A stretch of DNA of 64,000 nt from Amphiscolops sp. MND2022 (lineage: Eukaryota). The notes under the pieces were generated by a model. That model was not told the origin of the DNA. It did not search any database and saw only the letters and a program-made list of their open reading frames with translations. The translations under genes and the position numbers were made by a program. Each line of letters opens with the position of its first letter. Positions within the stretch are counted from its first letter, which is position 1. Positions 1-12,707 of the stretch are shown one piece after another. The DNA lies in NCBI GenBank assembly GCA_964187785.1, contig OZ076409.1:45820001-45884000 (forward strand), given 5' to 3'.

Positions 1-3000
1 GTGTGCGCGGGGACTAGTTCGGTCACAATACATTAGTGATGTGTCGCATACATAAGGGTATCGTAATTCGCTGGGCTCTTCCCCTCGCTTTCTGCGGTCC
101 AATCTCCGAATTGTAGTAGCTATGATCCTCAAAATTACTTCGGAATTCCAATCCGTAAAAGAGTCCGCCGCGCCTGTACTTAGGTTCAGAGGGATATGTA
201 ACTACACAATTGGTGGATGGAACTCCATTGGCATTGGGAGGGCGGATGGTGCACGTGCCCTTATGATGGAGGTAAAGTTGTGCTCAACTTGCTTCTTGTC
301 TTTAATAATCGTGTAGGCCCATGGGCGGTCGCAGAGATGTTAAGCTGGCTACTACTCTGTGGTAGGTGGTATCCGGCTGGGGTCCATCTGTCGTTACGAA
401 GTGTAATATGGACAAGGTGGGGGTGTTTGCCGCCATACGTAGGACTTGTGTTGGGTATCTGAGTGCCATGACTGCACGAAAGATTGGCCAGACCATGGGA
501 GCGATTAGAGGCATCAGGTCTTCCGTCTCCACTTACATGAGAATGGCCGTTTGTGAGGGAAATAAGAAGCCAGGAAGTTGATTGGGTTCTCTGTTGATAG
601 CAGGGTTTTCATCCAGAGGATGCATTATACCCGCAACGTTGACCCAGGTTGAGTAGATGCACGTGAGGATAGCTTCGATGTTGAGCTCCAGTTGTTTCTT
701 CAGTTGTAGGGGACCCGCTGGGTCCAAGGCGCATAAAATCGCTTGCAGCCAACTTTTCTGATTCTGGGCGTACACCAGGTAACTGAAAAGCGACAAGTTT
801 CCTTTGTCAAAGATCAGTTTCTGGAGAATACCTGAGGGTCTTTTGTAGACTGCGTGCATGCCGACAGCCATTAGATACGCCAAGATTTCACTTATGGTGG
901 CTTTCTGCATCGCTTCCACGTATAGGCGCACTTGCTGGTCGTCGAGATTGAATTCGGCCTGGACGAAACTAGGGAGCCAGAATGGAGAAATGTTGTACAA
1001 GAGTACAGGGAATGGAATTTCTAGCCGCAGGGCGACTTGATTTAGAGTTTCACGCAAGGCTTGGTGCCAGGTTTGATATATGTCCCTGGGTTCTGTTTCA
1101 GTCTGTTTTGCCAGGTCTCGTGTCATCATTACCAGGAGTGTCAAGGTGAGGGACGCCAGCTCGAGCTTAGCATCTATTGCTATCGCTGCTATGGGGAACA
1201 CGGTAGTGTTGGTTCGATCTGCCTTGATCATCTCTATTTCCTTGAAAAGGGCTAGCAGCTCTTTATGGAATTTCGGATCGTGGGTTTTATCATCGAGGGT
1301 GGACTCGACTCTTCGTTCATACCAGAGGTTATCCACCAGGTGCTTCCGCTCGTTCTCATTGGGGTCATTTACCTTAAGTACACCATTATCGTCTAGGGAC
1401 CTGATCGACATTTGCATCCCATAGTCGTAGGCCGTCGCCTCGTCCACCATGAGTTGCGAATTCCCTCGGTATCCTGTATATCCTTGAACAGCTTTGGATA
1501 CTTCTGCCAAGAAGGCTGGATACGACGCTTCGCAGGGACGCCATGTCATGACGTTGATTCTCAGGTTCGGTGCCACGATGTAAAAGTGCAAATCTCTTGC
1601 GTAAGATGCTTCTAGCACCAAATACAAGAATTGTTGCCATGCTCTTGGGAGATGCATATACCCAGGGGGGGACACAAATACGGTTCCCGTATTTGGCTTC
1701 TTGTTCTTCGTCATTGTGGCAATGTGAGACATCGTTTCTACGTATGCCACAACTTCGTCAGTGATGAATCCTTCTGTGAATCGAGTGCTCTGCATGTCGA
1801 AATATCGCAATGATCCTCGCAGGGCGAGGTGGTCGATCACATTTGAATACACTAGGATTGGTGGAAGAGGTATGGTTTCTGCCGCCGCTGGCGTGAATAT
1901 TTTGTCGGTTACCTCCGCCATCTCGCTGAGCGTGGTGTGGTGCAGGGCATATTCATCAATCTAACATCCATCAGAGTAATATTGGAGTTGTATGAAGATT
2001 TGATGGTCGAGTCGACAAAGAGAGCGATTCTGGTCTTTTGCAATAGGTCTTTTCCCATTGGGACCAGGGTGATGGGGTCCCTCGCGTAGTTTTTCGATTG
2101 TAAGTGATTCTCCACAAATCTGCCAGGTCTCTGGCGAGTGAGTCGCTCAGTCGATGGTTGCAGTGGTTGGAGGTACGTAGAGTTACTGTTCTGCAAATCC
2201 CTCCTGAGACGTTCGAACCATGGTGGGACTCCTCCATCATTGGTGAATACCGGTGGCTTGACTGGCCTGGTGTAAACTACTCCAATGTTGGCCCTCTCTT
2301 TAGTACGCTGAGTGGTTTGGTCCCATTTGCTGTTAGCGCTCGCAAACGTCTGTTTTGGGGGATCTTCTTCATCGGGTATACTCGGTACTTCACGTTGGAG
2401 ACGCACTGCGTCCCTCGCCGTTATGTCTAGTTGTTTGATTTCGGTTGCAGTGAGCAGCTCTCTGGCTACCTTTTGCCTTCTGGCTTCCAGTTGGCTGGGG
2501 GATGGGGCTGGTATTCCCCTGTTTGATCTTGAACTAGTTTGCCCGTCTTATTCTCTAGCTCTTTTCGCTGCGTTCAATTTATCGCGAAGGTCTATGGGAG
2601 CGTTGTTGTTTTTCTTTCTTCCCGCTGCTCTTCTCTTTGGCGCTCTTGTAGTTTAGGATCCTTTTGGAAGCCTATCAGCTTGCTGGGTTCATTTTGAGAG
2701 GGTTTGGTGTTAGAGGTGGAGGGTGTCAATTCTTCATGGGAATCTTGAAAAGTGACTGTTGTGATTGGGCGACTTTCTTTGGCTTGCTCTTGTGTTGTTG
2801 TTTGGTTGCATTCAGTAGGGCTCACTTGCACCCCTCCCCCCTGAAAGGTGGAAGGAAGCATGTAGCTTGAAGTGGATTGTGTAAGCGAGCTGACGCCCAC
2901 AGATGCCAGAGGCATAGGTGGTGTTAGGATCGGAGGCGGAACTAAGGGTAGGGTGCAGCTGAAAGTTGTAGTTCCGGAAGGGGGAGTTGAATCACAGTTT

Positions 3001-5460
3001 GTGTTGGGGTAGGCTGCGGTGCTTGGAATAAAGGTTGAATCGTAGGGGGAGAGATTCTGAATGACCGTTCTTGATCCATTGGAGGCCTATTAGGTTCTCC
3101 GTAAAGCATATGGGAGCGGTGACTGATTAGATTATGAGTTAGATCATAACCACGCCAAATGCCATCACGGAAAGTAGCGGAACGCTCAAGCGGCCCGATA
3201 CTGCTATTAATGGTCAATAGGACCTCTGGGTGCGCTGCTTGCGCTTGCATTTGAGCAACGATCATGGCAAAGCCAGCGATTATGGTGGGGGTGGCCCCTT
3301 CTTGCAAAGCTTGTTGGACTAAGGCTAGCTAGTTGACTCAACCATTAACCTCGCCCATCGACGGAAAAGTGCTGGAAGGAGTAGCACGTTGTTGGGGAGG
3401 TTGTTGACGGCTGGGTGCAGACATTTGCATCCCATAGTCGTAGGCCGTCGCCTCGTCCACCATGAGTTGCGAATTCCCTCGGTATCCTGTATATCCTTGA
3501 ACAGCTTTGGATACTTCTGCCAAGAAGGCTGGATACGACGCTTCGCAGGGACGCCATGTCATGACGTTGATTCTCAGGTTCGGTGCCACGATGTAAAAGT
3601 GCAAATCTCTTGCGTAAGATGCTTCTAGCACCAAATACAAGAATTGTTGCCATGCTCTTGGGAGATGCATATACCCAGGGGGTGACACAAATACGGTTCC
3701 CGTATTTGGCTCCTTGTTTTTCGTCATTGTGGCAATGTGAGACATCGTTTCTACGTATGCCACAACTTCGTCAGTGATGAATCCTTCTGTGAATCGAGTG
3801 CTCTGCATGTCGAAATATCGCAATGATCCTCGCAGGGCGAGGTGGTCGATCACATTTGAATACACTAGGATTGGTGGAAGAGGTATGGTTTCTGCCGCTG
3901 CTGGCGTGAATATTTTGTCGGTTACCTCCGCCATCTCGCTGAGCGTGGTGTGGTGCAGGGCATATTCATCAATCTAACATTCATCAGAGTAATATTGGAG
4001 TTGTATGAAGATTTGATGGTCGAGTCAACAAAGAGAGCGATTCTGGTCTTTTGCAATAGGTCTTTTCCCATTGGGAGCAGGGTGATGGAGTCCCTCGCGT
4101 AATTTTTCGATTGTAAGTGATTCTCCCCAAATCTGCCAGGTCTCTGGCGAGTGAGTCGCTCAGTCGATGGTTGCAGTGGTTGGAGGTACGTAGAGTTACT
4201 GTTCTGCAAATCCCTCCTGAGACGTTCGAACCATGGTGGGACTCCTCCATCACTGGTGAATACCGGTGGCTTGACTGGCCTGGTGTAAACTACTCCAATG
4301 TTGGCCCTCTCTATAGTACGCTGAGTGGTTTGGTCCCCTTTGCTGTTAGCGCTCGCAAACGTCTGTTTTGGGGGATCTTCTTCATCGGGTATACTCGGTA
4401 CTTCGCGTTGGAGACGCACTGCGTCCCTCGCCGTTATGTCTAGTTGTTTGATTTCGGTTGCAGTGAGCAGCTCTCTGGCTACTTTTTGCCTTCTGGCTTC
4501 CAGTTGGCTGGGGATGGGGCTGGTATTCCCCTGTTTGATCTTGAACTAGTTTGCCCGTCTTATTCTCTAGCTCTTTTCGCTGCGTTCAATTTATCGCGAA
4601 GGTCTATGGGAGCGTTGTTGTTTTTCTTTCTTCCCGCTGCTCTTCTCTTTGGCGCTCTTGTAGTTTAGGATCCTTTTGGAAGCCTATCAGCTTGCTGGGT
4701 TCATTTTGAGAGGGTTTGGTGTTAAAGGTGGAGGGTGTCAATTCTTCATGGGAATCTTGAAAAGTGACTGTTGTGATTGGGCGACTTTCTTTGGCTTGCT
4801 CTTGTGTTGTTGTTTGGTTGCATTCAGTAGGGCTCACTTGCACCCCTCCCCCCTGAAAGGTGGAAGGAAGCATGTAGCTTGAAGTGGATTGTGTAAGCGA
4901 GCTGACGCCCACAGATGCCAGAGGCATAGGTGGTGTTAGGATCGGAGGCGGAACTAAGGGTAGGGTGCAGCTGAAAGTTGTAGTTCCGGAAGGGGGAGTT
5001 GAATCACAGTTTGTGTTGGGGTAGGCTGCGGTGCTTGGAATAAAGGTTGAATCGTAGGGGGAGAGATTCTGAATGACCGTTCTTGATCCATTGGAGGCCT
5101 ATTAGGTTCTCCGTAAAGCATGTGGGAGCGGTGACTGATTAGATTATGAGTTAGATCATAACCATGCCAACAGCCATCACGGAAAGTAGCGGAACGCTCA
5201 AGCGGCCCCAAACTGCTTGTAATGGTCAATAGGACCTCTGGGTGCGCTGCTTGCGCTTGCATTTGAGCAACGATCATGGCAAAGCCAGCGATTATGGTGG
5301 GGGTGGCCCCTTCTTGCAAAGCTTGTTGGACTAAGGCTAGCTAGTTGACTCAACCATTAACCTCGCCCACCGACGGAAAAGTGCTGGAAGGAGTAGCACG
5401 TTGTTGGGGAGGTTGTTGACGGCTGGGTGCAGGCATGCAGTTACGTGATGAGGGGTCCAT
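1..5460 (-). pseudogene. Accessory ORF3 of element A (env position) with an SGNH-hydrolase-like domain; partly duplicated; continues off-window
   Basis: ATG at 5460 follows a polypyrimidine/CAG acceptor at ~5528; Pro/Gln-rich N-terminus; IALFVDS, ILVYSNVIDH, VFVSPPGY and WRPCEASYPAFLAEVSKAV are spaced like SGNH blocks; 462-aa open segment at 533..1921. Confidence 0.55.
1407..5432. repeat. Tandem duplication, ~2013-bp unit (1407..3419 and 3420..5432)
   Basis: Near-identical sequence and ORF pattern at offset 2012-2013; junction ctgggtgcag|acatttgcat. Confidence 0.97.
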
Positions 5461-5859
5461 GGCAGGTGAGTTCGATAGCACTGATGAGGAGTATGGTAAC
5501 ATAGGAGAAAATGAGTGATGGTGCAATCTGGGGTAGAAGGGCGAAGGAACAGCACAAAACTGAAAAGCAAGTTACACATGAACATAGAGAAGGTGTATGA
5601 AATACGTTAAGTGAGTTAAGAAAGGAACATAAAGGGTTGAAACCCAAAAGATGAAGGAGTGACTGTTAAGAAAATTTGCAGTTGTATAGAACGCAGGCAT
5701 TAAAAGCCTATGGATTGATTGGCGCGTATTAAGAAAACTAAAAAGGAAAGTGGGGAAGTAAACAGGAGAAACAAGGAGGGCGGGCCTCTGGCCCTGCATC
5801 CAAGACAACTCAATCGGCATTGATATCAATAGAAGAAATTGATGCGATCGAAACGTCGT

Positions 5860-7250
5860 GGAGACCCTGTCGTGGAGTATTATTTCTAGGTTTGACCCGA
5901 AAAAGTGATCTCGGAGCGTGGTGTACCAAGTTGGTAAGAGGTTAATCGATCGTTCGGGTTCATAAATGGGTATGTGGATTTGGGAGATTTCGTATTGATG
6001 AAGCTGGTGTTGGAGGTGAGTGAGGCATGTGTATAGAGTTTCGTGCAGGAGTGGGTGTTTATTGGAGGCTCAGGTGCACAAGATGAAGATTTGATTGTTC
6101 CAGGGTGCGGTATGGGAGTGTTTCAAGCAAATGGCAGTGCCAACCGAGGGTTTTAAGCGGAATATTGCTTCCTGTCCATCTTCGCGAACGATGTATCGAA
6201 TAGTCGCCGATTGGGATTGTAGGTCGGCGGGACAACACAACACTAATGTGCCGGAGGCTTGTAGAATGTCCGTATCAGAGTAAGTAATCCACGGCACATA
6301 GTTTGGGCGAATTTTCGGTTGCGATATGAGCCTTTTCCCACTGTCCTTTTCATGATTATCTAGAGGTTTCGATGTCAAGTGTCCAAAAATCGCTTTGCGA
6401 GCCTCCCATATTGTGCGATGCAGAGGACGGTTGCCCATGTGTATGCACGACCAGCTGTGCATGATGGAGAGTGCTTCTAGGGTGGACAAGGCCGTATCAG
6501 GTGTGTATGTTAACCGGTCTAGAATACAAATTTCCGTTTGTCGGCAGAATGTGATGGCTATCAGTTGCAGCCATTGTTGGCTCAAGAATTTTCCGCGGTA
6601 TATGTCGGCTAGATGAAAACAAAGAATGTTGCTTGTCTCCACGAGAGTGCGTAAGTTCTCTAGGCATTATAACAACATAGTCGGTGAGACCATTAAGGAA
6701 TCATCGAGGGAGGTGATCAGGAGCCACCATCCCGCGAATGTTTGATATACGTCACCCAGAGGGGAAGCGATATGATATTTGTTCCATAACTGGTTTGCGG
6801 TGATGCAGCGAATCATCAGGGGGTTGCTGCATGTGTTATCTAGTTCTCCGAACCAGAATGAGGGTGGTAGAGGGGGAATGGTTGCTGCCAATGTGAATTC
6901 AAGTCCACCTTTTTCATGGCTTGTCCATTCCTTGAAGCGATATGTTGGACAATTAGAAGGAGAGAACTTGTGCATTTCTTTCAGCGTGGTTTCTAGAGGT
7001 GGTACAAGTCCAGATTCAGTGCTGGCATAAGTTTTCTCGATGGTCAAAATTATATGTCGGATGGTTGGTGGGGCTTTGGGTTTCTGTTGTTCCGCTCGTA
7101 CAGTCAAGATTTCGTTTTGAGGGTGGTTTTGCGCTCGTGCTAGCGTGAGTTCGCGAGCCGGAATCGCCGCTACCCGGGCCAGTCGTAGATTCGGGGGTTC
7201 CGTAACAACTAGCTGGACGCAACTACAGTTTACGGGAACCACAGGTTCCG
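5860..7250 (-). pseudogene. C-terminal Pol extension with two tandem TARG1/OARD1-like macrodomains
   Basis: WITYSDTDILQASGTLVLCCPADL...KPSVGTAICL...IFILCT*ASNKHPLLHETLYTCLTHLQHQLHQYEISQIHIP...WYTTLRDHFSG parallels the OARD1 sequence pattern. A more degenerate repeat (WWLLITS...CLENLRTL...WLQLIAITF..TEICILD) precedes it. Confidence 0.65.
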
Positions 7251-10200
7251 CATCTATATCTGGGCGCTCTGTTAGCTCGGAGTTGATAGCGTGGTGCTCG
7301 CCTGGAAGCATCATCGAGTGTGTTTGGTTGGGTAGGGTCTGGGCTCTCGCGAATTTCGGGGAGAGTCATGGCTCTGTCATGTATTCTGGGCGGGGCCCTA
7401 GTGGAAAATCTAGTTCTTGGGCCTCTTTTAAGTCGTGTGGTTGGTCTTCTAGAGGACGTAGTGGTTCCGCTTGAAGATGTGGGTAGCTGGTTTTGGCGAC
7501 CAGGAGGTTTACCCCTTGGTCGACCTCTCCTGTTGGAGGTTCTAGGTGGTAAACTTTGATTCGCAATCTGGTTGTCAAGGTCGACATTGTGTTCTTGTGG
7601 GTCAGCTGTTGGAGCTGAGGGAGCTGACTGATTGGGGTCTCTTGTTTGTGGGATGAAAAGAGGGAAGTTGCTCAAGGTGTCTGTGAGGGAAGGGTTAGAC
7701 AGCAGTGGAGCTGAGGTCCCAGAGGGCGATGGTATCAAGCTCTCGATGAATGTTGTAGGTTGTATTTCCTCCTGATCAGAGAATAACGGTTCCAGATCAT
7801 CGAGTTCGGGGAAGACTACCTGGGAGGGAGAGTTCATGGGTGGCGGTTCAGCTGCTTCCGCTTCTGATTCTGGTTCGGATGGGTATCCGAATTGGCTGAA
7901 TCTCCTGCGTGGGATTCCTTGCTCTATGGCAGTTTGAGTACGCGTTTGGATGATACGTGGGGGAACCGGCCTGGTGGGTTCCAATTCGAGCGATGCTTCT
8001 GGGAGTTGTTCTGGTAGGAAGGAGTCTCTGGAGATGTCCGAGGCAATTTCTTCCTTGCTTACTTCCACGTATGGATCAGCTATGATGGCTATACTTTGAT
8101 CTGGTCCGAAAAGTTGGTGAATAGTCCAGTACCAGGGGCTGGTACGTGTTTTCTTAGTCTCTCATAGTGAACTTTTTGACCCGTGTCTAGTACGTAGAGG
8201 CGTCCGTCTTGTAGTACGTCCGTGATTTTGTGGGGTCCGCGCCATGCGCGTATGAGCTTGCGAGTGCCACCTTTGGGTATTATGTGAGAGAACACCCAGA
8301 CAGCGTCGCCGACGGCGTGCGCTTTTGCTTTTAGGTGGCGATCGAATTTTAGCTTTTGTCGAAGCTGAGCTTGATGGGTGTTTCGTCAGACTAATTCATG
8401 GATTTCTTATTGTCTGGCTAATAAGTGTTCTACAAATTCTTCTTTGGAGTCAAAGCCTCGTGCTGCGAATTCTGGGTATATGAACGACAATGGGGGGATT
8501 TTTCTGCGCCATGTTGGAGCATGTATGGTGAAAATCCCGTGGTGGCGTGTCGAGTAGAGTTGTATGCGCCAAGGACTCCGTCTATATATTCGTCCCAGTC
8601 CTGCATTCTGCGCGACGTGTAGACTCGAAGTAAGGTGAGCAGGGTTCTGTTCTGTTGCTCTACGAGTCCATTACCTCTGGGGTGTGCCGGAGTTAAAGTA
8701 ATTTTAGTACCTTGGGAAGCCTTCATGAGTTCTTGGGCTTTTTCAGCTGTGAAGTTCGTCGCGTTGTCAGATTGCATTCCTGCAGGAGTGCCATGTCTGG
8801 CAAACCATTTGTTCAGGATGATTTTTACCGTGGTTTGCGCGTCATATTCGTCGTGGGCGCATGAGACAGCTTCTGCGAATTTGGTAAAGTGATGTATTAT
8901 TACAAAGAGGCCGGTGTTGCCTGAATCAGTTTTGCAAAGTTTCAAGTGCTCAAATTGAACCAGATCATTGAAGTTGCTACTGTTTATACTCTGCAGGGGG
9001 TAGCAAGGATTTCCTTCTGGGTGTTTTGCTTGCTGGCAGATCAAACACTGTTTGATGTGATTCACTACGTCTCTTTTGATGCCCGGCCAAGTATGTCGTT
9101 CTTGTATCCTTGCTAGCACTTTTCCTACGCCTTGATGTCCCGACTCATCGTGCGCTCGGTACAGGATTTCGTGTTGGAAGAGTTGTGGCATGACGATCAT
9201 ACACGGGCGTACGTGCAAAGCACGTTGTTGAGGGACGTTGTTGACGCAAAGTATGTCGTCGGGATTTAGGAAGAGTAGATCTTTCTTTTGGTTGTAATAC
9301 CTTTTGGCGAAGTCTTGCACTTCATCAGGGAACAATGGGTCCTCCAGGGGTTCGTTCTTCATGAGCTTCTTCAGTGCCAAGAGGTGCACGTCTCTGTTTT
9401 GGGCCATGTGTATGTCTCGTAGACCGTATTTGGTTAGGTGGTGTTCGTGTAATTCCGCTTCAATGGTCCTTAGAACGTCAGCTTGTTTCTGACATTCGGC
9501 GGGCAGTGCCCCTAGAGTCGGGTCCGGCTCGGTTGTGTCTATTCGTGCCGGAGGCACTCTTGTGGTGATGCTCAAAATTCGGTTCGATCGTTCGTCTTCC
9601 TCAAGAGTTGATGTTGTTTCCCACTGGATCTCAGGATACCAAGGAGTGTCTCCTGTTGATTCTTCAAGACTTTTGTTCTTTTGCTTCTTCTGAAGAATGT
9701 ACAGTAGAGGTAGTCGGACTCGGGCTTCCGAAGGAAGTTCTGGATGGTTTGGAATTAGGTGACCGCGCTTGTCGATGTATGGGATCGTGGGGAGTTCGTC
9801 ATAGTCTTTCTGTGACATGAAATTGAATCCTTCGCTTACCTCTGGTAGCTTTTCAAGGATTTGTTCAATATTCATATAGTCGTTGGTGCGCTTGCTAAGT
9901 CCATCGACATTTCGGTGTTGCGTCCGCGGTCTGTGGACGGTTTTGAAATGATATTGGTCTAGGCGTTCGATCCAACGACCAATCATGGCTTGGTCCATGG
10001 AGTAGGTTTTAAGCCATGATAGGGCTTGATTGTCCACGCGAAACGTGAATTCTCTACCTGCTAGGTATGAGTGGAATTTCTCCACGAAGTAAAACACTGC
10101 ATACATTTCCAACTTGGGGGCACCATAGTTTAATTGGGTCTTGGTCAGTGATTTGCTACCGTAGACGATCTGTCTCAGGATGGTTTTGCCGTTGTATTCT

Positions 10201-12707
10201 TGTTCTTGATGCAGAATACCAGCTACTGTACTGGTATCTGTGTCTAGTACGAACCGTCCTTGCTCATTCGGTGCAGCTAGGGTGGTAGCGTCGGATAAGG
10301 CTTGTTTCACCGAGTCGAATGCTTCTTGGTGTCTTTCCTCCCAACAGAAGTGTTGATTTTTCTTCAACATTTCTTGTATGGGTTGTACCTTGGCGGCGTG
10401 GAATGGTACAAAATCGCGGTAGTAGTTAGCAAATCCTAGGAAGCTTTGAAGTTCTTCCTTGTTCCTGGGAGGTAACCACTCTTGGATTTTGGTCACTGCT
10501 TCTGGGTCGGGCCGGATTCCCTCAGCGGACACTATTCGTCCCAGATATTTGGTTTCCGAGCGCATGAAGTCGCATTTTTCCGCTGGCATTTTGAAGCCTG
10601 CCTCACTGAAACATTCGAATACTTCTTTAATTCTCATGATGTGGTCTTCGATTGTTTCGGTTGCAATTACTATGTCGTCGATATAGTCCATGACGACACT
10701 CCCATGTCTTTGTTGGATTTTTTGTAGGGCTCTTGTGATGGATCGTTGGAAGGTGGCGGATGCATTGCATAGCCCGAAGGGCATACGTCGCTATTCGAAC
10801 AAACCTAGTTCGCAGGCAAATGTTGTTTTCCTTCTGTCGCGTTTCTTCAGAGGTATTTGCCAAAAGGCCAACGCTAGATCGATGCTCGTAAAGATTTTTG
10901 CGTTGTCAATCCTGGATAGACTCTCGTCTATTCTTGGCAGGGGGAAGGCGTCTTTCACTGTCACGTCATTTAGCGGTCGGAAGTCGCAACAGAAGCGAAG
11001 TTCACCTGTCTTTTTTTACCATTACTATTCCACTAGCCCAAGGCGAGTAGGAGGGTTGGATTAAGCCTAAGGCTAGGAGGTTCCTTACTTCTTGATTGGC
11101 TTTGGCAGCCTTGTCGGTGGACGCTCGTCTTGCGCCCTCCCTGTGGTGGATAGCTTCCGGTTCTAATTCAATACGATGTTTTGCTATTGTACACTTTTAT
11201 ATGTCGGCCTTATGTTTCATAAAAAGGTCGTCGTACTCGTTTAAAACTTCTGCTAACTGATCTCTTGCACCCTCCCCCCAGAAAGAAAGGACAGAGGACA
11301 GGTCAGGGCCTGGTATTGGTTGGTTTTTACAATTGGGGATCGGTTTGTGCGCGTTTCTCATTTTCCGACATTTCCTCTTCCGACAACTCAGTGGATGACA
11401 AAAAATTTTGGGCGAAGGAACTAAATTCACTGCTTGTATCACTAAAATTAACAATACGATCATTATTAACATGTTCTACTAGAGGCATGAAAGTTCCATC
11501 TGTTTGGTCAACTGTGACCGGTTCGAACATAAAGACGGTAGGCTCTGCCTTGCCGAGGACAGTTTTACTTGGAATCTGTAAGTTGTCGTTTGCTGTTTTG
11601 TTTCTTATGGCGAGGTACACTGTGCCGTCGTCTTCCACTGAAGTCAAGGTGTCTTCTGAAACAAAGGAACTTCGGTTGTACACCCCGCTGGGCCGTATCA
11701 TTACAATGCGGAAACGGTATTCATTGGGGTCCTGGGTAATGACTTGTGCTCTAACTAATTTACGTTCAAAAGGTCCTAGTACAACCATTTCGGTAGAGCC
11801 TACTAAAGAAGGTTCATGGTCACTAACCTCATGGCTTAAAATGGCGTGGAGATTTTGGATCTCGGATGGTGACTCTCATTGCGGTCAGGTCTACGAGGAC
11901 ATTATAAGTGCGTAAAAAGTTGCGTCCTAGCAGGAAGTCTTCGGCTCCTAAGTGGTCTGCGATGACTATGAAGTTGGTCTTCAGCGTGTGGGCTCCCAAT
12001 TGAAAGTTCACATTCTCAGCAATACCGACAGTGGTTATGGTTTTGCCGTCGGCTGCGTACAGTTGGATGTCATACGGCAGGAGACTCAATGAATGGGCGG
12101 ATGATATCTTTTGATACGCGGCAAGAGAGAAGATAGAGACACCTGAACCAGTGTCAGTCATACCGTATAAGGGAATGGGTTCTTGGAGGTTATTGCCAAA
12201 GGCAACCACCAATGATGCTCTTTCGTCGATGCGAGCTTCCCCCCTGGGTGTCTTGTATACCAATGTTGTAACACCGTAACTCCTGGCGGCCCAGGTATAG
12301 TCCCTGTGGGAAAAGACCTTCTAGGACTACAATGGCGTCGAATTTCATATCTACGCCATCTACGTTAATTGCCACTGGGACGGGAGAAATCGTTTTTACT
12401 TTTTGAATCGGCGCTAACTTGGTCTCGTCGTCGCGGGTGAAGTGCGGAAACGGTCGAGCGGTGATTGTGTATTTAGTGTTTCTACACAGTTCCTCTTTCA
12501 ATTGCGCTAACGGTAATTCGGGACGCAATTTTTGTTCGGCGGAGAGGAGTATGTGTATGGAGATGAGGGTCTCGGTGCAGTTAGGGGCGGGTGCTTTTAA
12601 TGTGGTAAGCACTTGTTTTTCACCGCAAGTAACGATAATGGGGCGAAACGGGCCTCCGGCCTCTGCAACTGAGACTACTCTGACTTGATCATCTTGTGGT
12701 TCGCCAT
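7223..12707 (-). pseudogene. pol: pol of element A: pseudo-protease, protease, dUTPase-like spacer, RT, RNase H, integrase, GPY/F, Pro-rich tail
   Basis: GMTDTGSGVS protease; MPFGLCNA and DYIDD RT motifs; LDTDTS and DNQAL RNase H; H-H-C-C and QSDNA..E integrase; WRGPHKI GPY/F-like motif. Confidence 0.93.
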
